From: Octopus bimaculoides
Lineage: Eukaryota
Direction: 5' to 3'
Length of the DNA: 64,000 bases
NCBI RefSeq assembly: GCF_001194135.2
Contig: NC_068981.1
Coordinates: 35,735,757-35,799,756, forward strand
Numbering within the stretch: the first letter of the stretch is position 1; every line of letters starts with the position of its first letter. Below the pieces are notes generated by a model. That model did not search any database. It had not been told where the DNA came from and saw nothing but the letters and a program-made list of their open reading frames with translations. Both the position numbers and the translations under genes were made by a program. Below, one piece after another: positions 53,922 through 64,000 of the stretch.

Positions 53922-55029
53922 TATATATATTATATACATCATATCAGATATTATGCACACACACATGTTAAGCAAGACCTATTATATTCCTTTTTATGAC
54001 AATGGTTTCTTCATTCCCTCTTTCCACTGCCTAAGACCTTACATCTGTGTGCAAAGAAGTAGAAGTAAGATATTTGTTCATTGCATCAGTGTTTTGAGTT
54101 CAGATTCTGTTTGCGATCACTATGTCTTTTGACTTTATATGTATTACATTTATAGTTTCTGTATCTATTATCAACATCCTCATCCTGATCACACCCAACT
54201 CTCTGACTATCGCTAACAAGCCAATGACATAGCTTCTGCAAGACTGACTGACCTGCTACAAATAACAGCCAAGTGTCCCTCAAACAATATTAATACATTC
54301 ACTGTAAAGATTAGATGGTCACAGACGGATATTCAGAGAAGCATTAAAGTTTGGAATCTAATTATTCTCTGTACAGGTAGAAATTAAGAACAGACGAAAT
54401 CTAATATTTATATATTTGAATGTTTCAGTTCACCATAGACACAGATCTTCACCTCAGTATAAATGAGAGTAAGTAAAACAGAAAGGGTTTCATTTTGTAG
54501 ACATTGTTTTCTTTGATTTTGTTACAATTTCTATGATGTGATACACTGAAATAATTTTGCTTATGAAGTCTGATGTTTTCAGGGAAGAATGAAGTTTGAA
54601 TTATTTCTTCAAGAGTATGAGAGAAGTGAAAGTTTCACTGGTAAAAACTTAGGTTACAGCACTGGTTTGATCCATTGCTAAATCAGCTGCAATGCATTTT
54701 GGTTATCTATATTGAACTTGTCATTATCTTTTCTCTAAATGTATTCTTCATTTTTATGTCTCTTATTTGCTCTTCTATTCAGCTGATGTTGTTTATTTTC
54801 TCCTTGGACAAGATCAAAAGTGAGCCTTTAACATTGCCAGTCATTCTGTTTCAACAGTTAAACTTTAACCCTTCTGTCATCCCTAGTGCTTTTCTTCTTT
54901 ATCTCTATTCAATAAATATGTCCATGGTTGTCCTGCTAACTTTTCTTCTCTTGTTTCTTTTATAGTTATTCTTTAAGCAGCTCAACATTCTTTCTAGTGC
55001 TCAGTCTTTTCATCACTATTATTATACCC

Positions 55030-55160
55030 AAATATCTACCCTCTACCGAATCCACTCACAAGGCTTTGATTGGCCCAAGGCTATAGTAGAAAACACTTGC
55101 CCAATGTGCCATGCAGTGGTACTGAACCTGGAACCATGTGGCTGGGAAGCATATTTTATG
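55030..55160 (-). mobile_element. tRNA-head SINE (family A)
   Basis: tctaccgaatccactcacaaggctttgattggcccaaggctatagtagaaaacacttgccc...gaaccatgtggctgggaagc. Confidence 0.75.
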
Positions 55161-55236
55161 TGTTTTTCTGCTATATTCTGAGTCCTTATACTGAAGCTAT
55201 CTAGTGTTTGAACTTTGTGTTTACAAATTGGGCAGA

Positions 55237-55269
<33 letters not shown>

Positions 55270-56322
55270 TTAACAGATTACAATGGTTCTCACTGGACAA
55301 TTTAGCAAACTGAGTTTGATCCCTACAGAGTGCTCTTAAAGTATTTGCCTGGATTTTAATCCCTTTTTTCCTTTGTGGTACATATGTGTGTGTGTGTATA
55401 AAGCAAGGAGGAAAAACATCAGGAAAATAATATAAAGACATGGCAACCATATTAATAGCTACAAAGAATAAAAAGCTTAACTGTTAGATGACATATTCCA
55501 GAAAAAATCTTTTTAATTTACAACCATAGGTGGTTGTTAGATAGTAAACAAACGAGTATTTGGGAGGGAACAAGCAATAATACCATTTTTATAGTTCCAG
55601 ATTAGATTCTTTTCATATCAGATAAATCAACAGTAGCCATCTCCAGGTCACTGACAATTTTAGAATCCATATAAAAACAACACTCACTATTTTCAATCAC
55701 CAATGGCTTCTTATCAGCTCTCCAACACAGAAAAGCAAGCTTATACTTTGATGACAAGTGGAACAATAGCTGAGTGTTGAAATACACACCTGATTGTTTA
55801 ATATATCAATTCTATTACAAGGTCATCATTGACTTATTCATTTATAAGCAATATGTATGGAGCTTTATTTTTAGATTCTTTTCTTGATGAATATTTTTTT
55901 ATAGTGGATGAATCTGCTTAGCTGGTGGGCTTGTAAAATAAAACAAATTTAATAACAAAGAAAAAGTAAATCATGAAAAGAAAGCACTATTTTGCGAGTA
56001 TTGTTCAGAATTTTTAAGTGTAATTGTTATCCATACCTTTCGTCAAATTTAGAAACATTAAATGAAAGAATCTCTGAGAAGTCATTCAATCTACACAGGA
56101 ATAAGAAAAGGATGCATACCTCTAAAAAGACAGTTGTTATGACTAGAATACTTTTGAAAATAGGTATGCTAAACAACCTACTATCTTCAGTACACTCACA
56201 CACACACACACAGCAGAGGTAAATAGACATCCCATAAAATAGCATTCTAACTTGTAAAGGTTTATATTTTTTTTATTAACTGACATTTTTATGTTTCAGG
56301 TTCTATATATGACTGTTTAATC

Positions 56323-56755
56323 ATGCCATGTACAAATGAATCTTTGGAACTGTCTGAATTTCAAAGAGGCTGTATTGTGGGTCATTCTGAAGGTTGACAT
56401 GATCAGTGAAAAATCACAGAAAACTTTGGGATCCTACCTTCTACAGTTAATAGTGATTGTGCAATTCACCAGAGAAGGGAAGGAGTTCACATCACCTCAC
56501 TCAGATCAACCAGCGCCCTCTGACAGGACCCTTCTCTTTACTAAGAGAAGTGTAGAGGAGAATCCTCATTGCAAGCTTCTGACATACCAGAACAAGTTGA
56601 TGTCTGTCTCAGAACAGCTGTCAGGTATCTCTACAAACTTGGTTATTATGACAGAGCAGCAAGAAGGGAGCCACTTCTTCGACCAGCCAACATCAAGCAG
56701 AGAAAAGATTGAATCAGTGAGATGGTGGAGAGGCCACTAACATTTTGGGACACTG
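56323..56755 (+). pseudogene. Tc1-family transposase N-terminal remnant (paired-like HTH region, truncated before the DDE domain)
   Basis: Across frameshifts: MPCTNESLELSEFQRGCIVGHSEG*... / VIVQFTREGKEFT...PSDRTLLFTKRSVEENPHCK / ASDIPEQVDVCLRTAVRYLYKLGYYDRAARREPLLRPANIKQRKD*ISEMVERPLTFWDT. These carry the Tc1 LSEF.RG.IVG and L.K.GY..R.ARRKPLL motifs. Confidence 0.8.
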
Positions 56756-57779
56756 GATTAGAAGTACAATTCACTTGATGGGCTCTCATACAGTTTCAGT
56801 GTATCCAGTCTCATTCCAAAAACCTGGATTAGGGGTAACCTGTAACTGTAGAAAAATACACTTTCTCGAGAGCCACATGGTGAGATCAAACTTGGGACCT
56901 CAGGATGGTGAACCAAAGTTCTTAACAATTTGGCCATTCTGTGGCAAATGACGATGATGATGATGATGTGTGTGTGTGTATGTGTATGTGTGCACATACA
57001 CACACATATATATGTGCTTATAATGTATTTCCCCTTAATAATCAACATGTCTTGGGTGATGATAGATAAGATGGACTTTATAGATTTAATATTATATCGA
57101 TAAACATCATTCATTCAGATGTGACAATAATATCAGTTTTAGGACAAAGTATTTCAACTATTAATGTTAACTAAACATCTCTAATTGTTTAGGATTATAG
57201 GTTTTCTGCTGTCAATGTTCATTATCTGATTGCAATGCTACACATTTTTTATTCATGATTTTTCCCATGATAGTAAGCATCGTATAGGACTGAAAACATG
57301 AACAGGAATTCTTGAGGTTACTGATTTAGATTTGGAAACTCATTTCCACCTAAGACATCTACACATTTTGCCAAAAGAGAAACCTTTCACAGTTACTTGA
57401 TCAGCTAGAAACAGCAGCCAAGTATCTTACATGCCACACTACTGTCTTAAAAAATGGAATACATTGGATGATACAGTCTTAAGTGCACTATGCTTGAAAA
57501 AAAATATGGTCATGATTAAAATAACTTTGATCATAGACCTATCTACTTCATTATGTTATGACTTATTTAAGGTTACAACATAATCCCTTGACTTGTATAC
57601 TACCAAACACTTCTAGGCACTATAATACCTCAGGGGAAAAGAATGTTAGCTGTCTTTAGGTCTTCTTCAAGTAGTCATAACCGTTATGTTTCCCCACATC
57701 ACACCAGGACTACCCAACCTCTCAACAAGCTACTATATGCTAGTCTCATGCTATGAATCTCTACAAACAACGTCAATGC

Positions 57780-58140
57780 AGCTGAGTGGTATTCATCCAC
57801 CACCTACTAGGATGTGAAAATTTCTAACAAATAACATCCAACTTGGCTTGTTGTTCAGTATGATAGTAGTGACCAGCAAAGCCAAACCCACCCTGGGCTT
57901 CAACTGCAGAAATATCCTCTGCCTTCATGAGAAGGCTGAGTACAAACCTAAATTACTCAGAGAAGACTGAGTACAAACCTAAATTACTCAGAGAAGACTG
58001 AGTACAAACCTAAAGTGCCTGTGGTAGGCTTTGAAACATTTAGTAATTCAGTGTTTCAAAGTCAGCAGAGCTGGCCTTCTTCAGAGCATGGGTTGAAAGC
58101 ATTTTTTTCCGTGAAGCCAGAGACTGGATTGTGTTGGGAA
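57780..58140 (+). mobile_element. Decayed CR1/L2-like LINE fragment
   Basis: VVTSKAKPTLGFNCRNI resembles I.SKANRTLGFLRRNL, and FFREARDWIVL resembles FFPRTIRDWNSL. Confidence 0.45.
57929..58014. repeat. 31-bp tandem repeat x 2.8
   Basis: gagaag(g/a)ctgagtacaaacctaaattactca at 57929, 57960 and 57991 (partial). Confidence 0.95.
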
Positions 58141-58268
58141 CTTCAAGACTTGCACATGCAAGTTTCTTATGTTTTATGCAAATAATTACTAATTAAAATT
58201 ATCCACTCTGGTGAAAAAAATTGGCAAAGGAGGCAACCTAAAATATTAATTAAAATTTATTAAATATA

Positions 58269-58480
58269 CAGTGTGTCCACAAGGTCTGGGTACATGGAGT
58301 AAATAAAATCACAACATAAATAATTAAATATAAGAAACAATAATTTCTTAAAGTATGTGTTAATTCCCATGTGGGTACATGGAGTAAATAAAATCATAAC
58401 ATAAACAATTAAATATAAGAAATAGTAATTTCTTAAAGTATGTGTTAATCCCCATGTACCCAGACTTTGTGGACACCCTG
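58269..58480. mobile_element. Tc1/mariner-type MITE (29-bp TIRs, TA flanks) with an 85-bp internal tandem duplication
   Basis: TA|cagtgtgtccacaaggtctgggtacatgg ... ccatgtacccagactttgtggacaccctg|TA; the TIRs have 2 mismatches. Confidence 0.9.
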
Positions 58481-59647
58481 TAGAATGTTATGGGAAGTAT
58501 GGTGATAACTATGGACATGTTTTGATCTTATTGAAGCTCCTCAGAGAAATAGTCTCACTGTTACTGTACATCTTAGTTGATTAGAAAGCTGAGATAGTGG
58601 TGTAGAAGTAACTTAAAGATTTTGCATCATTATCTTTATAACCTAATTATTATCATAGTCTCTAAATCTTCTGTTCCTATATCATCTTTGGGATAGAATA
58701 TATGATTTTAATTTTTGTTAGCCACCATATCACTATAGTGTTGATACTAACTAAAATTGATTAATCTGATAAAATTTTCATGAAAGAGTTGTTTGCAATA
58801 TAGCTATATGACATTTGAAAATATGAAAATGTTCATTGAGTAAAGCCACACCCATTTTAAGTTTGATGTTAAGTTGAATAGTTAATCATAAGCTCCTAAG
58901 TTCTAAAGGGACATGCTGACAAGCATAAGGCATAAGCTTCTGAACTCTTTTAATTTTCTGGTTCACACCACACCATAAAGAGAAGAATTCAATGTTGGCA
59001 CTGATAATTTGTATTATAAATAGTCGATTCAATTGTTAGTTTATGCATCAGGAGATTGCAGTCCTGGTTGCATAGAAATTAAACAAGTTTATAAATGGAT
59101 CTTATCCAATAACAAATTGTTGAATTATGCAATAAAACAACTGGAAGATGAATAAAGCTTGTGTGATCGGTAGAATATATGAATAAGAAATCACAATTAG
59201 GGTCAAGACCATAATAGGGGAATTACAGACAAGTCACATTGCCCCATTGTAATTGAATTTTATTTCACTGACTTGAGTATGTTGTGAGAAATTTACTTGC
59301 TTTCACATTTGAATAACATATGGGTTTAAAGGTTAGAATATACTGTGGACTTGATTGGATATCTTGACAAAAGAATACCCAGTCTCTCATAATGTAAAGT
59401 GAATTACTGCACAGCCAGTGGGGGTTTCTAACTACGTTAAATATTACCAATACAAATCACATTTTGAGAGAGAGAGAGAAAGAGAAAGACAGGGATAGTA
59501 ATTTTGTTGATTATAATTTCATGTACATGTGTATGAATATAAATATCTTTGTATATAGATATGGATATATGTTAATATGTATATACAAATATGCATATAG
59601 ATAATATACAATATATATAATACATAACTATATAAATGCATAAATAA

Positions 59648-59722
<75 letters not shown>

Positions 59723-60089
59723 TATATATGTAGTTGTCTAAAAGTCCACGAGTCAGAAAAAACAGGCACCCATATATTTGCTAATAGAGTGTGAATATCA
59801 TTATTAATAAAATACAATATTATATTCTCATATCAATCAGTTTCATGCAGAAGTTGAGATAATCCAGGCAATCATCAGAAAAGCACTGAAAGGAATTGTA
59901 TGGTGTGGTTCTTTACGTTCAGCCTTTACTGATAATAAGCTGGAGTTATCTTGACTCCTGTGTGAAACTGATTGGTAAAATGGCTGATATGAAAATGTAT
60001 TTTATTTAAAATATTATACTTACTCTGTTAACCAATATATGAGTGAATGTTTTTTTCTGACTCATGGATTTTGAGACAAGTATATACAT

Positions 60090-60506
60090 ATCATTGTTCT
60101 ACCAACAGTTCTCTATACCAGAGAGACATGGGAGAGAAATGTGAAAATTGACAGAAAGGTAGATAGATGTGTTCCACATCATTGAGAATGATTCTGAGAA
60201 TGTACTAACTAGGCTACATAACTGATGAAGACATCCTAAAAAGAGCCAATGCAAGACCACTTATTGAAATCATCATAGAACAAAGACTAAAACTAGCAGG
60301 TCACATACTCTAGTTACCAGAACAACACTATTCTACAACAGCTTTCAATGCAAGAAAAAAAAAAACAAAAGAAGATCAAAAACTTGATGGGTAAGAACAT
60401 TCATAAAAACATAAGGAAAGCCAACATCAGATGGCTAAATGCAGAGAAAACTTCAGTCCACAGAAATAAATAGTGTCAACTTGCTGCCCAATGTGCTCAT
60501 GAGCAC
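60090..60506 (+). mobile_element. RTE-clade LINE 3' fragment
   Basis: IIVLPTVLYTRETW...ITDEDILKRANARPLIEIIIEQRLKLAGHIL*LP...LAAQC matches the RTE motifs VLPTLLYG.ETW, EVL.RA and RRLR.AGHI.R. Confidence 0.75.
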
Positions 60507-60656
60507 TTAGGTAGGATGATTCAAAAGGATTCAATTCGTTGGAGGACCATGCTTGACTCCAGTGTCACTACTTTTGACAGGGTTCCTTTGTAATATTTTA
60601 CAGAATGTACTGGATGCATTTTATCATGGCACCAGCACTATATATATATATGTATA

Positions 60657-60871
60657 TGAGGGGGTACTGAAAAGTTCCTGGCTTTGGGCAAATGAAAATA
60701 CATGAGAATCAGTTAATTATGATTTTATTCAACATATTCCCCTCTCAGATTCACGCACATATTGCAGCAGTCCTTCAGCTTTTCTCAGCACTGTAAAAGA
60801 TCTTGGAAGGTTGGGCCTCCAACCAGGCCTTCCATGATACCCTTAAAGCCAGGAATTTTCAGCACACTTTC

Positions 60872-60874
<3 letters not shown>
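60657..60874. mobile_element. Mariner-derived MITE with imperfect TIRs and TA flanks
   Basis: TA|tgagggggtactgaaaagttcctggcttt ... aaagccaggaattttcagcacactttcatg|TA. Confidence 0.7.
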
Positions 60875-60940
<66 letters not shown>

Positions 60941-61385
60941 GTGTTGGTATTCAGAAGATCCATGATGGCAGGTAAGGCTATGTTAGTGCTATGGGAGGGC
61001 CATAGACTCTCAGTTAGACTCTGAGTTTGATAATAATATGAGTGAGGAGTCAAATGCAGGTCTTGTGTGAGCATGTATATGTTAAATAAAATGAGACAAC
61101 AAAACCCCTTTGAATGAACACCACATGGGATTTATATCTCTACACTATCTACATGTAATAACAAAATATGAACTCCTATCGAAATCTACATACAATGAAC
61201 AAGAAGCATTTCTAACCATTCTACACAGCACTTTCCTTGGATAATGGAATAACAACTGTAACATCCTACATATATTTTTATTTTTATTCTTGTATTTCCT
61301 TTTATATTTCCTATATCCATCCTTTTCCATAATAACTCCTTATATTGAACTCTACTATTTCCCTCTAGTTAACTCTCTTATACTA

Positions 61386-61431
61386 TCTCTGATGAAGGGA
61401 CATCCCTAATATCCCAGAAATATCTGTAAGA
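61386..61431 (+). ncRNA. Type I hammerhead-like motif with canonical CUGAUGA core inside a Penelope-like terminal sequence
   Basis: TCT | CTGATGA | AGGGA-catccctaata-TCCCA | GAAA | TAT-CT-GTA | AGA. Stem II is GGGA/TCCC, the cleavage triplet is GUA, and stem III is imperfect. Confidence 0.5.
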
Positions 61432-61544
61432 CTACCTTTCTCTTTATAAATGTCCTATAAGTTCCACACAGCCTTGATTTTGTTGGCTCATTTTATTTAA
61501 CACACACACACATAAACACAACACAGGAGGAACTGTGTTGTTAA

Positions 61545-61714
61545 GGACGCACGCACATTACTTATGTGGTTAAAAGATTTGCTTCCCAACCACATGGCTT
61601 TAATTTCAGTGTGATACCTTGTATCTTCTACTATGGCCACAAGTTGACCAAAACTGCATGCACTGATTTGGTAAATGGAAACTGAATGAAGTTCATCAAA
61701 TGTGTGTGTATATG

Positions 61715-61746
<32 letters not shown>

Positions 61747-61900
61747 CGTGCGTGTGTGTGCATACATATGCACATTTGTGTCTTTGCCTTGACATCTGGA
61801 GGACATGGCTTGCATGATGATAAAACACATCATTATGAGTTTTGACCATAGAAAATCTGCCTCAACAAATTTTATGAAGATGGAATTTTGTTTGTACTTT
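61545..61900 (+). mobile_element. tRNA-head SINE (family A)
   Basis: atgtggttaaaagatttgcttcccaaccacatgg...tcttctactatggcc...gatttggtaaatggaaactgaa; tail catagaaaatctgcctcaacaaat. Confidence 0.7.
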
Positions 61901-61903
61901 CTC

Positions 61904-61919
61904 ATTATTGTTATTATTA

Positions 61920-61997
<78 letters not shown>

Positions 61998-62006
61998 TTA
62001 TTATTT
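61904..62006. repeat. (TAA)n microsatellite; tail or target of the adjacent R4/Dong-like element
   Basis: Long (ATT)n directly abutting the element's 3' UTR. Confidence 0.9.
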
Positions 62007-62715
62007 TGATCTTACTCTGTGTTTGATAAAGTTACTTGCTGGTTCACACCAATTTCCCTAGGGCAAGTGAAGGTTAGGAGATTTAGAGGTTTAGATATAA
62101 TTGAAAGCTTGAGGAGGGAAAGTGGGAAGGGTAGTACAGAAATGCATTTATATAATGCAGCACGACACAAACATTTAATTTAATTTGACAGGGATTTTCT
62201 AAGGATATTAGTGGTACTTGTTAACGCAATCATTTGGATTTCTTTGAGATATAGTTCTCCTGAGATGTTATCTAGATGTTTCCGGCATCCCTTTTTTATC
62301 ATACCAAGGATGCCTACAATAATAGGAACAGTTTTCACTTTAAGATGCCATATCTTGTGTAATTCTATTTCCAGGCTTTTGTATTTACTAAGCTTGTCAA
62401 ATTCTATGACAGATATATTATACTTTTCCAGGTGTAATAACTTAGGAATATTAACATGCGTGCACCCACATTTTTCATTATAATATTATTATGAGTGGGG
62501 ATACTTATATCTATTAGTTTACAAGTATTTTCTTTCCTGTCTTTAATGATTATGTCTTGTTGATCAGCCTGTATTGTTCTGTCACTGTTGACAGACAAAT
62601 CCCAGAGGGTAGTGACATTTTTATCTTGGACCACTAGCTCATGATGGTGTTCAAACCAGTTAACAGGCATGTCAGTTTGGTAGAGCTTATATATTTTCCA
62701 TTGTAAGTATTCATG
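62007..62715 (-). mobile_element. 5'-truncated R4/Dong-like non-LTR retrotransposon (restriction-like endonuclease C-terminus and 3' UTR)
   Basis: YLQWKIYK...NWFEHHHELVVQDKNVTTLWDLSVNSDRTIQADQQDIIIKDRKENTCKLIDISIPT, then NISVIEFDKLSKYKSLEIELHKIWHLKVKTVPIIVGILGMIKKG...QMIALTSTTNILRKSLSN* (stop at 62180-62182). The 3' UTR contains CCCTAGGG and ends in (TAA)n. Confidence 0.85.
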
Positions 62716-62771
62716 ATAGGGTAAAACAATCTTCTTCTTCTTATTCTTCATCTTATTATTATTATTATTAT

Positions 62772-62982
62772 GAAGGCGGAGAGCTGGCAGAATCGTTAGC
62801 ACTCTGGACGGAATGCTTAGCGATACTTTGCCCATCGCTGTGTTCTGAGTTCAAACTCCACCGAGGTTGACTTTGCCTTTCACCCTTCCGGGTTGATAAA
62901 TTAAGTACCAGTCAAGTACTGCGGTCGATGTAATCAACTTTCCCCTCCCCCAAAATTTCAGGCCCTTGTGCTTATAGTAGAA

Positions 62983-62983
<1 letters not shown>
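62772..62983 (+). mobile_element. SINE family B, low divergence, with (ATT)n tail
   Basis: aaggcggagagctggcagaatcgttagcac...ctgagttcaaactccaccgaggttgactttgcc...aagtaccag; B-box-like GAGTTCAAAC; (ATT)n at 62984-63040. Confidence 0.8.
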
Positions 62984-63030
<47 letters not shown>

Positions 63031-63099
63031 GTTATTATTATCATCATCATCAAAATTGCTAAACTTTGAAACAATTATGTAAAACACTATTCTGTGCAA

Positions 63100-63300
63100 T
63101 CTATATATATAAAACACAGGATGTGTGTCTGTCTGCATGTTTGTCATGTTGTTAAAACATGAAATCCACCTACCCGATTTTAATGAAATTTTACACATGC
63201 ATTTCATAGGGTCCATGGAGTGTCAATGGCTAAAAAAATTTTCAACTTCTTGCCTAATGCGGGCCCAGGGGCAGATAAGCTGCATTTTAAAAGCATTTTT
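63100..63300 (+). mobile_element. Non-autonomous Helitron-like 5' end
   Basis: a|TCTATATATATAAAA...atgtgtgtctgtctg...ccgattttaatgaaatttta resembles Helitron-type 5' termini (TC start after A). The 3' end was not defined. Confidence 0.5.
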
Positions 63301-64000
63301 GCAGTATTAAGGACCCCAACTTGAAGAGTATCCAGTTACTTTCCTGCAACACACATTAATCAGGCTTCTCAAATTGCTGTTGACTAAAAAAAATTTCAAA
63401 CGCTGACTATAGGCCCCCCCAAAAAATGAAGATTAATCAGATTTGAGTATACTGCACTGGGTTTTATCTTTGGTTTAGGCCATTTTCCAACGATAAAATA
63501 TTGACACTACTTATGCATGATAAGTAGTGTATAATATTTCATGAAAACCTTTTTGTCCAATTTGGCAGAGGAAATGAGGACATTAAAACTTTTGTTGGTG
63601 CCCTGTTGATGCTTCATGTTACCATCCCACACACCACCGGACCATGTGCATGTGTGTGCAGCTGGGTCAAGGCACAACATTCTCCAGAAGTACTCTGTTG
63701 ATGTTTCACGTTTCCAATCCTGCGCAATGCATCATGGCCTGGCAGCATGTCTGCTTTCTATGTCAACCATATCTGAACTATATAATGCAAAATGTTCATA
63801 CAAAAACACAAACTGCTAACTTTTGTGACTCACAGCTATTCGAGTTTGACTGCGTAACCACTTCCGGAAGCTACACTTGCCACCTACACTTTCCACTTTA
63901 CTAGATTAACAAATATGCATTCCCATCATCAGCTGCCAAACAGATATCACTGTGGTTTTGACATCTGGGCAGTACCATTCAATCCAACAGTGTCAACGAC

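Noticed and set aside
55602-55787. ORF with CWRADKKPL, vaguely like an Ig W.KDG.PL motif
   Set aside because: It lacks the D.G.Y.C motif and proper splice boundaries.
57929-58014. 31-bp repeats as a CRISPR-like array
   Set aside because: The units are contiguous with no spacers, and the context is eukaryotic.
63861-63904. cttccggaag palindrome plus CTAG as a Helitron 3' end
   Set aside because: The spacing is too long and CTAG is followed by A rather than T.

Overview
AT-rich, microsatellite- and SINE-dense animal genomic DNA with five N gaps. The repeat families and giant introns resemble coleoid cephalopod (Octopus-like) DNA; this is inference. The window lies inside one minus-strand gene of the L1-CAM family (neuroglian-like). 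Two coding exons are supported, 48063-47690 and 9540-9309. They splice in frame across a 38,149-bp intron and encode fibronectin type III domains 1 and 2. No other exon of the gene was found. The rest is intronic: tRNA-head SINEs, (ATG)n- and (CAA)n-tailed retroposon ends, and decayed LINEs (CR1/L2-like, RTE, and an R4/Dong-like 3' end sitting in TAA repeats). It also holds Tc1 and mariner remnants, two MITEs, a Helitron-like 5' end and Penelope-like (PLE) pieces including a GIY-YIG remnant. The most interesting signals are: (i) several hammerhead-ribozyme-like motifs of at least three sequence families, including a pair inside a three-armed foldback whose consensus rebuilds a type I hammerhead with a U3-A8 covariant core; (ii) an isolated 27-bp-stem hairpin of pre-miRNA size. 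All family assignments come from recalled motif similarity; no database search was run.
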